From positions 1 through 17,046 of IMG/VR virus record IMGVR_UViG_3300045988_127000: a stretch of DNA of 17,046 bases; one strand, given 5' to 3'. A program made the position numbers and the translations under genes. Below are positions 1 to 8,594 of the stretch, in pieces. The notes beneath the pieces were generated by a model. That model was not told the origin of the DNA. It saw only the letters and a list, made by a program, of their open reading frames with translations, and did no database searches. The first letter of the stretch is position 1. Each line of letters begins with the position of its first letter. The DNA is from a virus.

Positions 1-415
1 GTTGCCCCCTTAGGGGTTCCCCAAGAGCTCGGCACCTGGAACACGCTCGCGATCTCGTCAACCGGTGCACGCTCGTCCACTCATGCGAGAAACCATTGCA
101 CCCTTACAGCCAACCTCACACCACCTATCACAAACCTCACATCGCCAAAATTCACAACCCTTGTAAAAAATTACCTCAACACGCCTAAAGAAATGGCATG
201 AGCCTATAACTACTCATACCATTTCTATAATATATTCAAGCGGTTCGACTTCTTCCGAAGTCCTTTCATCTATTCCTATCGCTTCGCGATCACCTGCGCC
301 TGTTATATATTTATAAGGTTCTGGCCCTACCAGGGTCGTTCAATCATTTGTGTCGCTATGCGATCTCATGGCCGATGGCTCATTCCATCGCTTGCGACCG
401 GCCCACCCTAAACCA
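1..415. repeat. Left inverted terminal repeat (ITR), 415 bp, non-coding
   Basis: Positions 1-415 are the exact reverse complement of 16632-17046, checked by eye across the whole block. Identity breaks after cctaaacca at 415. No ORF with an RBS is present. The segment is GC-rich relative to the rest of the window. Confidence 0.93.
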
Positions 416-426
416 AGAGTTCAAGC

Positions 427-1446
427 CTAGAAGAGGGCTAGATACCTATTAATAATATCCTTTGTGCTATGGTCGTTATAGTATACATTTCCTACCCTAT
501 AATTTCGAACGATCATAGATAGCACTCGATCATTTCGCCAGCCTTTCGAAAGAATCATATTTTCGCGCATATCTTTTCCAATCGAATACACAGCTGGATA
601 GTCCATGTTTACATTTCGATTGATGAAAATTTTTCCCTCTGTAAAATCGACATAACAACCAAAATAAATACCATCTGCGTATATTGTGCAAATATATTTA
701 GCATTTGGTGTCATACGCATGATAAAATCATTTGTATCATACGCAAATTCACCTGAATTATAATCACCATATCGTGTACCGCTTATCAGTTTTTGAAACG
801 ATGATTTTTCCTGCGATCCTTTATCATAATCATCACCACAATTTTGAATCAATATTTGTTCTTTCATCATGGACCCTTTAAAGGTATTAAATTCCTTTGC
901 CGGGTTCACACTGATATTAAAATAATTAAAATACGGGTTGGAAATACTTGTTTTATTGGCCAGTAAATACACATGGCCTTCACGCTGCCTGAAAATGGAA
1001 TCAATGGCATTTAAAAATAATTCTACTTCATTTGGTATGTATAAATTATATCCGCCTTTTTCCGGTAAAAACTCATCAAAAATAATGGTGTCCACGTTCA
1101 CGAAAGAGGAAGATTTTAATGTTTTATAGCGTGATAGTGGCATAGCATAGCCACAAATTTCATCATTGATATAAAATTTATTGTACTTCTTGCCACCTTT
1201 GACACTTAGTTCATCTTCTGGAAATTCATGTGCAATATCATTGAAAAATGTGTCTATAGTGCTCATGTCGGTCGTGTGTCTTTTAAAATAGAAAAACTGT
1301 TTTCCCGTCTTTTTGTAATGTTTGATACTGTCCACTTTAAAACCATACGTTTTACCAATTCCACGTCCGCCCACGATGAAATTGATAAATTTATTGTAGG
1401 ATTTCACTCTGGACGGAACGTAGAAATGAAAACGTTTTTCAGACAT
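427..1446 (-). CDS. DNA encapsidation (packaging) ATPase, phi29 gp16-like
   Basis: 339 aa. Walker A FIVGGRGIGKTYG and Walker B TIIFDEF. Strong colinear similarity to the phi29 gp16 N-terminal region that I recall (NFVIGARGIGKSY...FNDVAQEFPDHEL...STIVFDEFI...YIPNEV). The start overlaps the upstream stop (TAATG). Confidence 0.9.
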   Translation of the reverse strand: MSEKRFHFYVPSRVKSYNKFINFIVGGRGIGKTYGFKVDSIKHYKKTGKQFFYFKRHTTDMSTIDTFFNDIAHEFPEDELSVKGGKKYNKFYINDEICGYAMPLSRYKTLKSSSFVNVDTIIFDEFLPEKGGYNLYIPNEVELFLNAIDSIFRQREGHVYLLANKTSISNPYFNYFNISVNPAKEFNTFKGSMMKEQILIQNCGDDYDKGSQEKSSFQKLISGTRYGDYNSGEFAYDTNDFIMRMTPNAKYICTIYADGIYFGCYVDFTEGKIFINRNVNMDYPAVYSIGKDMRENMILSKGWRNDRVLSMIVRNYRVGNVYYNDHSTKDIINRYLALF

Positions 1447-2207
1447 TAGGCAACCTCAATCAAAGGCGGACAGTTTACCCAGATTCCATTTATTTTACAG
1501 CGATTGGTTGGTATATCAACCTTTTCAACACGTGAACGTGTCAGATACACACGTGCATTTGTGTTCATCAATACATTATCCAATGCACCATCGGAATGAT
1601 CATATTCTTCCACTAATGAAATTGGATACCAACCACCTAATTCTTTAAGATAGCAACACAAGGCACCTTCTTTTACCTGCAATCCTTGATCGCCAATTTT
1701 CATTGGAATGGATGTAACATAACTTCCAACGTGTAATATCTGATCAACTAATTCATTGACAGGTAAAATCTGATTACTACTGTTGTCAATGTTCTTCAGA
1801 CGGAACGCATAATAAAATGTCGCTGAATATGGTAGTTTTGCCAAGTTAAACGCGCCATTTTTTCCGCCCTGGTTCTGGCCTAAAAACCAGCCATACCCGT
1901 CACCATTGTCATGGTCGAAAATCGCCACATGGCTGTAGGGTGTCCAGTTTGGTGTTTCTTTGAAAAAACACAAGTCACCCGGCTGCATCGTATAGATCGC
2001 ATTGAAATATTTTAAAAGATTGTTTGAATTGCGATTATTGTATATATCTTTCACATATCCACTGACTGTACAATGATCATAAGGCACGCCATTTTCAACA
2101 CAAAACTTAACATAACCATCCCAGCACTGATATTTTTGATAGCTAGGAAAATTATCAAAATCAAATGCTTTTCCTATTACCAAATTTTTAAATTGTTCAT
2201 AGTTCAT
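1446..2207 (-). CDS. Endolysin with N-terminal CHAP domain plus C-terminal putative SH3-like cell-wall-binding domain
   Basis: 253 aa. CHAP catalytic Cys context [14 protein letters not shown] and His context [10 protein letters not shown]...[27 protein letters not shown] precedes the ATG. The CDS sits next to the packaging ATPase, where phi29-like phages keep their lysin. Confidence 0.65.
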   Translation of the reverse strand: [253 protein letters not shown]

Positions 2208-2221
2208 TGTCTCACCTTCTT

Positions 2222-2947
2222 TTAGTAAATGTTGTAAAATAAACCATAGTCCAGCATTTCATCATATAAATTGGTTTCCAGTGTTATGATCGCATCGCGT
2301 GAGCCTTGTAACACTTCGGCCAGAGTCTGCACACCAATGTTTCCCTCACGATGAAATTTATAGTCTTCATTCGCATCCGTTTCACTCTTGCTTCCAGGCT
2401 CACTAATTTGCTGGACGATACTGTCCACGTAGTTTGTTCCTTCAAGATCCAAACGGCCTTGCGGTGTCGAACTTGTCAAATTGGTTGCCTTGTCTTTTCC
2501 AGAGCTGGAAGAGCTTCCGGTATTCTGTCTTGTATATTCTTCATCATAGCTGGTATTAAAAGTAGGGTTTTCCTGATCCTGAAAAGGAATGGTTTTAAAC
2601 AAGCTGAAATAACGTGGCATGTTGATGATCATCCAGTGTTTTAATTCTCTATGCCAGTATGCATAGGTCTCTTGTCCGATTTCATCAAAGAAAAAATGAT
2701 TCAAGATACCGGTTTCCAGTTCTTTTTTTGATACATACCCTTTTTCATTGATCATATCCTCTGTATAGAATTGATAGTCAAAATCAAAAATTTTCGGCCT
2801 TGCCAATTCTAAGATCTCATCATCGCTCAATGTATACCCACTTTCAATGATTTCTTTATGACAGAGTGCATAGCATACCCCTTGTATTGTTTCTGTGTAT
2901 TTGGCGCCCGTCACAGGCACAAGGCACGGTTTAAATGGTTTATACAT
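2222..2947 (-). CDS. Putative lower collar / tail tube protein (gp11 position). The ATG start is set at 2947; the ORF track extends to a GTG at 2956.
   Basis: Immediately downstream of the connector gene in the conserved phi29 order 9-10-11. RBS [12 protein letters not shown] with an ATG 5 nt after it. No sequence-level match recalled, so the call rests on synteny and size. Confidence 0.5.
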   Translation of the reverse strand: MYKPFKPCLVPVTGAKYTETIQGVCYALCHKEIIESGYTLSDDEILELARPKIFDFDYQFYTEDMINEKGYVSKKELETGILNHFFFDEIGQETYAYWHRELKHWMIINMPRYFSLFKTIPFQDQENPTFNTSYDEEYTRQNTGSSSSSGKDKATNLTSSTPQGRLDLEGTNYVDSIVQQISEPGSKSETDANEDYKFHREGNIGVQTLAEVLQGSRDAIITLETNLYDEMLDYGLFYNIY

Positions 2948-3827
2948 TTTCATCACCTTCTTCCAGGCTTGCCATTTCTTCCAAACTCATGTCGTTTACT
3001 TCCATCATGTCCAGCATGTCATTATACGCTCGAAAACTTACTTTTACGTTGGTTCCAAATTTCTGATTGAATGCATCGACCGCTTTTTGACGTTCTGCAA
3101 GCCAAATGTTTCTCGATGCAATGATCTGTGTGTTGTTGGCATAGACTTCAGCACTCTGCACACGTTCTCTCTTGTCCTGGTTGGCATTGTCAATGCCTAA
3201 AAATGTCATGCATTCTCTTAGAATGGTTTGTTTGACATCGTTCACATCCATGGCCACAAATGGCGCCTGTGTCGGCAGCACTTGTAGCATGCTCATAATA
3301 TCTAAATTTTTAGCAGTGAATATCGCACGTACACCACTTCGCACCTTTTTTATAAAATTATTAAATTGGTTCAACATGCGTTTATCCCCTTGAATGATGT
3401 ACGGTGTCCATTGTGCATCCAGATTGACGTTGATTGTCTCGGATGCAAGCGCCAGCTGTTTGGCATAGTATTGCAATTGAGGTAGTAATGGCGCATATAA
3501 AGGGGAATTTTTAAACAATATTACATCTTCGGCGTTATAGGTTCCGGTCAATTCACCCGTTGGATCCACACCACGATAGGCGGTCGGCATGTAATAATGA
3601 TTCAGCTTACCACCGATCGTACATTCTAAAGCGGTCGGGCCAAAACGTTCATCATCAATGATGATGCATAGTCCTCTTGTCTGCATGATAAATTCCAAAT
3701 AAAACGTGTCTACGCTTTTTGGCATGTCTGTATATTCAAACATGTTCAATGCTATATTGAAAAGATAGCTCAAATATAGATGCTCAAGGCTTGTCTTTTC
3801 ATCGGAAATAAAATCTGTTGGTAACAT
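2940..3827 (-). CDS. Head-tail connector (upper collar / portal) protein, phi29 gp10-like
   Basis: 295 aa. The segment ...QTILRECMTFLGIDNANQDKRERVQSAEV... closely matches phi29 gp10 ...[25 protein letters not shown].... Overall length and position match. Confidence 0.88.
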   Translation of the reverse strand: MLPTDFISDEKTSLEHLYLSYLFNIALNMFEYTDMPKSVDTFYLEFIMQTRGLCIIIDDERFGPTALECTIGGKLNHYYMPTAYRGVDPTGELTGTYNAEDVILFKNSPLYAPLLPQLQYYAKQLALASETINVNLDAQWTPYIIQGDKRMLNQFNNFIKKVRSGVRAIFTAKNLDIMSMLQVLPTQAPFVAMDVNDVKQTILRECMTFLGIDNANQDKRERVQSAEVYANNTQIIASRNIWLAERQKAVDAFNQKFGTNVKVSFRAYNDMLDMMEVNDMSLEEMASLEEGDENV

Positions 3828-6029
3828 TTAAATATCCCCCTTTCGGTTTCCAAATTTATCATTGTCATGCGGGTCATTCAAAGGTCGATTGTTTTTTGTA
3901 TAATCGCAAATATCTTTCGTATGCCATAAGGTCACACCATTATCCAGACAACGCTTTATTTTTTCCAGATCTTGCGGGTCGATATCCCCGCCTTTCATAT
4001 TGACTTTCACAGTCTGTATATAGTTCCAGTATTGTCTGGTGTGCAAGTTTGGCATTTTGGTTAGATTGGTCGAATAACCACGAACATTGAATACTTGGCT
4101 GGCTCTTTCTATATATTCATCGGTTGGCGTGTAGATAAATAATATAGGTGTCTGCAAGCCTAAAGAAATCACGCGATAAATGTTTGAACCACCACAGACG
4201 ATGCTGTCGGCTGTCGCGTTGGCATCATGGATCTTCGCTTGATAACTTTCAATTGCATTTTGAATGTTTGTTTCAGCTTGGTATTTGGTTGTGGTGTTTC
4301 TTAATGCGTTCTGCACCGCTGTTATCTGACTGTTTGCATTGTTCTGTAAACTTGCATTGTTCATCGCATTGGCGTTCTGTGCCTGCATCGTCAAATTGTT
4401 GGCCTGCATCTGGGCGGCTGTGTTTGACACATTTGCAAAACCACCAATTAAGGATCCAACCGCTCCGCCAAGGTTTCCTGTTAGTAAATTTCCGGCTGCA
4501 CTTCCAAGACTTCCGGCAAGACCAGACCACATACCAACATTGGCCACTTGATTTTGAATGCCCGTTAGCTGACTGTTTAACATGTTATTGTTAGCAGTCA
4601 TTTGTGATCGCATAGCATTTTGAATACCGGTCTGCTGGCTCATTGCCTGTCCGGTTGCGCTGGCAATGCGCATGCTTGTCTCATTGCTTCGAATGGTATT
4701 CGACACACCCACATTCATGCTGTTTTTACTTGTCTGCATCAAAACCGCTGTGTAGTCCGAAACAATAGGCAAGGCTAGTTCGTAGCCATCTTCAAAGGCA
4801 TCATTCATTCCATTTAGGTTATTGTTGCCATAAAGATCTTGTTTTTTAACCTTGTAATTTTCTGGTATATAGTCGACTTTGGAAGTGTCAATACTTCCCA
4901 CGATCAGAAAACGTATATTTGTTAAATCGTCAAATAATTCATGTTGATACACTTTGGATGTTCCGTTCATATTCGATAAAATACTAAAACTGAAAGGGCT
5001 GAACATTAATTTTGTTTCTTTCAAAAAATCTAGGTTTAAAAGAATATTGAAAGGGTTGGTGTATTCTCTTTCAACATTGATAGACGCGTCATTTGAGTAG
5101 ACACTATTTAAAGGAAGGCTGGAAGGCCGCAAGAAAGTATAATCACCTTCTTTTACAACATTATATCCTTGTTTGGCTACGATTCGTTTATGCGTTCCAG
5201 CGTATTCAGAACGCAAGCCATATAATGCATTGGTTACGATGATACTTGAACATTTGTTCACAAAATTTTCATCATTTCGAATTAGATTATAAACTGTCTG
5301 GAAGGCGGTTAAATTGCTTTCCGTTCCATCTTTTAATACAACAAAACCGTCTTGAATACCGCCGCCGGTCGTCAAATCAAACGGAAAGATATAATGATAC
5401 AGCTGTGTAGGCACACCGTGTTCCAGTGTTGCACTATCCGCCTGATTAAAATGTTGGCTCATCGTGATAACGATGTAACTTATATCGGCTTGTGCGCTTT
5501 CTATATTTGCATTTCTTCGGCACACAAGATTATCACCAATTTCGATGTTTTCCGGTTGTGTATTGATGCATGGTAGTCTGGTTCCTTCATCATTGTAATA
5601 CCACAGCTCACGATGCTCATAGGCAACAAAACTAGGCAGTATATCCTTTTCGATCTCGAAACGCCATGTTTGCATGACATCCGTTTCAAATTGAATCGAT
5701 GTGACATTATCGGAAACGTATGCAATGGATGTGATAAAACAATATATCCATTTGGACCCGTTTCCCGTCTTTTTATTGCGATACATCATGTAGTTATAGG
5801 TACGAAGATCATCAAATGCACCATCTACCAGAACGACACCATTGGCGCGCTGGTAAGTATAATTATCATAGGTTATCTTTTGATTTTCAAAGTTATTCAT
5901 ATAAAAATTATACTGTTCTTCCGGCGTGCTGAAACATCCCCAGTACGTATTATTCATTGCGTCACACTCTACACCTTTCAATAATATAATGGTCGTGTCG
6001 GGTGTAAATTGACTGTTTAATATTGGCAT
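3828..6029 (-). CDS. Tail knob / distal tube protein, phi29 gp9-like, with internal Gly-zipper hydrophobic loop
   Basis: 733 aa. N-terminal region GSKWIYCFITSIAYVSDNVTSIQFETDVMQTWRFEIEKDILPSFVAYEHRELW matches phi29 gp9 [71 protein letters not shown]. Confidence 0.9.
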   Translation of the reverse strand: MPILNSQFTPDTTIILLKGVECDAMNNTYWGCFSTPEEQYNFYMNNFENQKITYDNYTYQRANGVVLVDGAFDDLRTYNYMMYRNKKTGNGSKWIYCFITSIAYVSDNVTSIQFETDVMQTWRFEIEKDILPSFVAYEHRELWYYNDEGTRLPCINTQPENIEIGDNLVCRRNANIESAQADISYIVITMSQHFNQADSATLEHGVPTQLYHYIFPFDLTTGGGIQDGFVVLKDGTESNLTAFQTVYNLIRNDENFVNKCSSIIVTNALYGLRSEYAGTHKRIVAKQGYNVVKEGDYTFLRPSSLPLNSVYSNDASINVEREYTNPFNILLNLDFLKETKLMFSPFSFSILSNMNGTSKVYQHELFDDLTNIRFLIVGSIDTSKVDYIPENYKVKKQDLYGNNNLNGMNDAFEDGYELALPIVSDYTAVLMQTSKNSMNVGVSNTIRSNETSMRIASATGQAMSQQTGIQNAMRSQMTANNNMLNSQLTGIQNQVANVGMWSGLAGSLGSAAGNLLTGNLGGAVGSLIGGFANVSNTAAQMQANNLTMQAQNANAMNNASLQNNANSQITAVQNALRNTTTKYQAETNIQNAIESYQAKIHDANATADSIVCGGSNIYRVISLGLQTPILFIYTPTDEYIERASQVFNVRGYSTNLTKMPNLHTRQYWNYIQTVKVNMKGGDIDPQDLEKIKRCLDNGVTLWHTKDICDYTKNNRPLNDPHDNDKFGNRKGDI

Positions 6030-6059
6030 GTTCTCACCTCTTTCTTTTATTTTATCACA

Positions 6060-7280
6060 CTATTCATATTGGAGTAAATAATTGTAAATGACACGTGCTG
6101 TGTCACCACGTTCCGGTTGGTTCGGGTCAAAAGGCCTTTCATAATTCGCTAAAAATTCAATCGCTAGATCGTATGGATCCCGTGATGACGTGCTGAACGC
6201 TCGAAAGCTCTCCGGGTATGCATTTGTTGCGATCCACTGTTGATTGTTTTCCATTTCCCATTGGATGCGATCACACTCGCTCTGTCCAAATTTTGAGACA
6301 TCCGGATAGACACCCTGCTCTTGTAGCCATGTGATAATTTTTGTATATGGCGTCCATTGTACAAGTCCATATCCCCAAGAATCCGGCGGTTGATGCCATG
6401 CATCATCACCCTGCCAGCGGTTTGGATTGACTGTACTTTCATGCCATGCATTGCCTAAAATTCCACATACAGCGTTTAAGCTCCATCCCTTGGCTTTAAA
6501 ATAGGCCCAGAATGCACGACAATTGTTATACGCTTCATCCTCTGTCAAAGGCCTTGTATTGTTGATGTCTCCCGGTATGATCCATGCAATTGGTGTCGGT
6601 TCGGGCGGACTTGGTTTTTCATCCTGTATTTGTACTGGCAACAATTCAATGCCAAAAGGATCTATTGGCAATAAAAACGTGTGATAGGTTGGCTCTGGTG
6701 TAGGTGGTTGGGTTCCATCGACAAAGGTTGAAAAGTTTAAGCCTTGGCTGTTTATGATCTGGGTATCATTGATAAAAAAGATCGTTTCGGGTGATACACT
6801 GTCTTGCAAAGCATAGCACAAGTTACCAAACGCACATGTTACGCCATAGCTAACGAGTTGTGCATTGGCAATCGGCGCTTGATCCAAGTGGCAATGATCA
6901 CCGGTTACCATGCCAGCGGTTCCGGTTGATGTGATTCGTTCGCCTTGTTTAAAGCTTGTCTGTGCTGGCGGGTTATTATTGTGTGTAAAAGAAAAACTAA
7001 CATAACCCTTTACCCATCCAGTGCCTAAAGGACTGGCATAATAGACTTCATTGTCGCTCGTATAACCGCGTGTATTTCCAACATTATCTCGATACACCTC
7101 ATGGCAGTCGCAAGGTGCGTACCCATCATAATGGACGGTTGGCCCTACACAGTCCACCGGGTTTCCACAGCAATGGCTCAAAGATCCTGGCCCGGATAGC
7201 TGTGTTATGTTCATGACTGGAAAAGGCCACAGCACAACTTGTGTGCCATCTTTAGCAACTAAAGTTTGTCCTGGCTGCAT
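6060..7280 (-). CDS. Tail-associated peptidoglycan hydrolase (phi29 gp13-like). N-terminal M23-like endopeptidase, Pro-rich linker, C-terminal phage-tail lysozyme-like domain.
   Basis: 406 aa. C-terminal AVCGILGNAWHESTVNPNRWQ...GYGLVQWTP...FLANYERPFDPNQPERGD is nearly colinear with the phi29 gp13 N-terminal lysozyme-like domain ([21 protein letters not shown]...GFGLVQWTP...FLASYERPANPNQPERGD). N-terminal STGTAGMVTGDHCHL resembles the M23 motif xTGxHLH. Linker PPTPEPT...PSPPEPTP. Confidence 0.88.
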   Translation of the reverse strand: MQPGQTLVAKDGTQVVLWPFPVMNITQLSGPGSLSHCCGNPVDCVGPTVHYDGYAPCDCHEVYRDNVGNTRGYTSDNEVYYASPLGTGWVKGYVSFSFTHNNNPPAQTSFKQGERITSTGTAGMVTGDHCHLDQAPIANAQLVSYGVTCAFGNLCYALQDSVSPETIFFINDTQIINSQGLNFSTFVDGTQPPTPEPTYHTFLLPIDPFGIELLPVQIQDEKPSPPEPTPIAWIIPGDINNTRPLTEDEAYNNCRAFWAYFKAKGWSLNAVCGILGNAWHESTVNPNRWQGDDAWHQPPDSWGYGLVQWTPYTKIITWLQEQGVYPDVSKFGQSECDRIQWEMENNQQWIATNAYPESFRAFSTSSRDPYDLAIEFLANYERPFDPNQPERGDTARVIYNYLLQYE

Positions 7281-7307
7281 TGTCTCACCTCTTTCTAAGA
7301 AAAAGAA

Positions 7308-7505
7308 CTAGGAAAATAATTCCCCTAGCTCTTTTAGTTTCTGTTCGCAAACATCCGCGCGTTCCTTCATCCCATGCGCATGAAAGATCTTGATGCAGCG
7401 CATGTAAAATTCTTGATAAAACTCTTTTTCGTGTCCTTCCGGCAAAGAATATGGAATATCTTCCGGTTTGTTCATATTTTCCAAGGCTTTAAATTGGCAT
7501 GTCAT
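7308..7505 (-). CDS. Hypothetical small protein (65 aa)
   Basis: ORF with ATGA start/stop overlap to the upstream gene. [17 protein letters not shown] in the gap to the lysin gene downstream (7281-7307). No recognisable domain. Confidence 0.45.
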   Translation of the reverse strand: MTCQFKALENMNKPEDIPYSLPEGHEKEFYQEFYMRCIKIFHAHGMKERADVCEQKLKELGELFS

Positions 7506-8125
7506 TCTGCAACCTCAAAATAGTTACCAACTAAACTAGCACAAGTTGCATATAAAGGCTGGCCAGAATCACGTATACATTTATAGATGATACCTTCTTC
7601 CAGATAATATTTACCATTGTATACGGTCATGGTCTGATCATATGGAATAGGATCGTCTATTGTTCCAGCGTTTTCTACATTGATCACTTCCCATAGGCTG
7701 GCTGTGTCGATAGATGGTTTCCAGTTTTCTTGTGATGTGTGCGCTTGACGACATTTCCACAACTTGTCATCACATAATACACGATCTCCCACTTTATACA
7801 CTGTATCTGTTTTCCAAGGATCGTAGCATAAAAGAAGTTTAGCCGCTTCCGTATCCGACAATTCAACCAAAAACGAAGCTCTAGCACTTGCGAACATCAT
7901 TTGTTCTAATGTTGCTTCCTGTTCTGATTTTTCTGTTTCTTTTGTGTGATAAAATTCTTCCTTTTCTTCGGGTGTAAGTTCTACTAATTTACCATCTTGA
8001 TATTTATAGTTGAAAATATCCATTACGTTGAAATCGTCATCAACTTCTACTTCAATACAATCTGAAAATTTAAAGCTCTCGACACTCAAAATTTTATTAT
8101 TTTCTTCTCGAACAAAAATAATCAT
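7502..8125 (-). CDS. Putative structural / receptor-binding protein with CBM5/12 (chitin-binding type 3-like) carbohydrate-binding domain
   Basis: 207 aa. DPWKTDTVYKVGDRVLCDDKLWKCRQAHTSQENWKPSIDTASLWEV fits the CBM5/12 consensus (AWxxxTxYxxGDxVxYxGxxYxCxQxHTSxxxWxPSxxxALW). A degenerate second copy is YDQTMTVYNGKYYLEEGIIYKCIRDSGQP. ATGA overlap with the upstream gene. Confidence 0.55.
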   Translation of the reverse strand: MIIFVREENNKILSVESFKFSDCIEVEVDDDFNVMDIFNYKYQDGKLVELTPEEKEEFYHTKETEKSEQEATLEQMMFASARASFLVELSDTEAAKLLLCYDPWKTDTVYKVGDRVLCDDKLWKCRQAHTSQENWKPSIDTASLWEVINVENAGTIDDPIPYDQTMTVYNGKYYLEEGIIYKCIRDSGQPLYATCASLVGNYFEVAE

Positions 8126-8583
8126 GGTGCTATTTCACCTTCCTCTGAATAAACAATTAAAAAGTTAAATCGACAACTTCCTATTGTTCCATTATCAACT
8201 CTAGCATACATAACGTCTCTTCTGTTATCATATGCCATGGCTGGTATATATGCATTATTGCTTGACCAATCGCCTGAAATAACCTGAAACCAAATTTTTT
8301 CATTAAATTTGTTGATCGTTCCAGATAAACCTAACAGTTCCATTAATTGCGCTTTTGTGTATAAATCTATAAAACCGCTGGCTGTTTGCAATTGAAAAAC
8401 TTTCGTTACATATCGCATTGATGTAATGTGTTTATTAATTTTTAGAATTTTATCATTCAAAACTTTTCCTTGTGCAGCACTCAAAGGCTTATTCGTATCA
8501 CTGGAAGTCAATGCATTGACAACGTCCGTATTTTCCAATAGATTACCAGCTAAAGTTCCATCATATTCATAAATTGGTAACAT
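8122..8583 (-). CDS. Putative fibre/appendage protein (153 aa) sharing an N-terminal module with the adjacent ORF
   Basis: N-terminus MLPIYEYDGTLAGNLLENTDVVNALTSSDTNKPLSAAQGKVLNDKI is paralogous to the N-terminus of 8595-8918. Located within the structural module. Confidence 0.5.
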   Translation of the reverse strand: MLPIYEYDGTLAGNLLENTDVVNALTSSDTNKPLSAAQGKVLNDKILKINKHITSMRYVTKVFQLQTASGFIDLYTKAQLMELLGLSGTINKFNEKIWFQVISGDWSSNNAYIPAMAYDNRRDVMYARVDNGTIGSCRFNFLIVYSEEGEIAP

Positions 8584-8594
8584 ACTACCACCAC

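Noticed and set aside
236-262. tRNA-like T-arm sequence GGTTCGAC in the ITR
   Set aside because: No acceptor stem, D-arm or anticodon arm can be built around it. It is part of the perfect GACTTC/GAAGTC hairpin instead.
938-1449. Plus-strand ORFs 938-1129 and 1228-1449 inside the ATPase gene
   Set aside because: Antisense shadow ORFs within a strongly supported minus-strand CDS. No RBS and no recognisable motifs.
4148-4594. Plus-strand 148-aa ORF, nested 4273-4530 minus ORF and 4339-4551 plus ORF inside the tail-knob gene
   Set aside because: They lie in the low-complexity N/Q/G-rich coding region of the gp9-like gene, where repetitive sequence keeps alternative frames open. No translation signals.
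6164-6451. Minus-strand 95-aa ORF nested in the tail-lysin gene in another frame
   Set aside because: Embedded in a region with clear phi29 gp13 homology in the main frame, and it has no RBS. The same reasoning applies to 7684-7887 inside the CBM-protein gene and 14465-14653 inside the TP gene.
7281-7307. Short inverted repeat CTAGG...CCTAG between the 65-aa ORF and the lysin gene
   Set aside because: Only a 5-bp stem with no T-tract. More likely incidental sequence around the [17 protein letters not shown].
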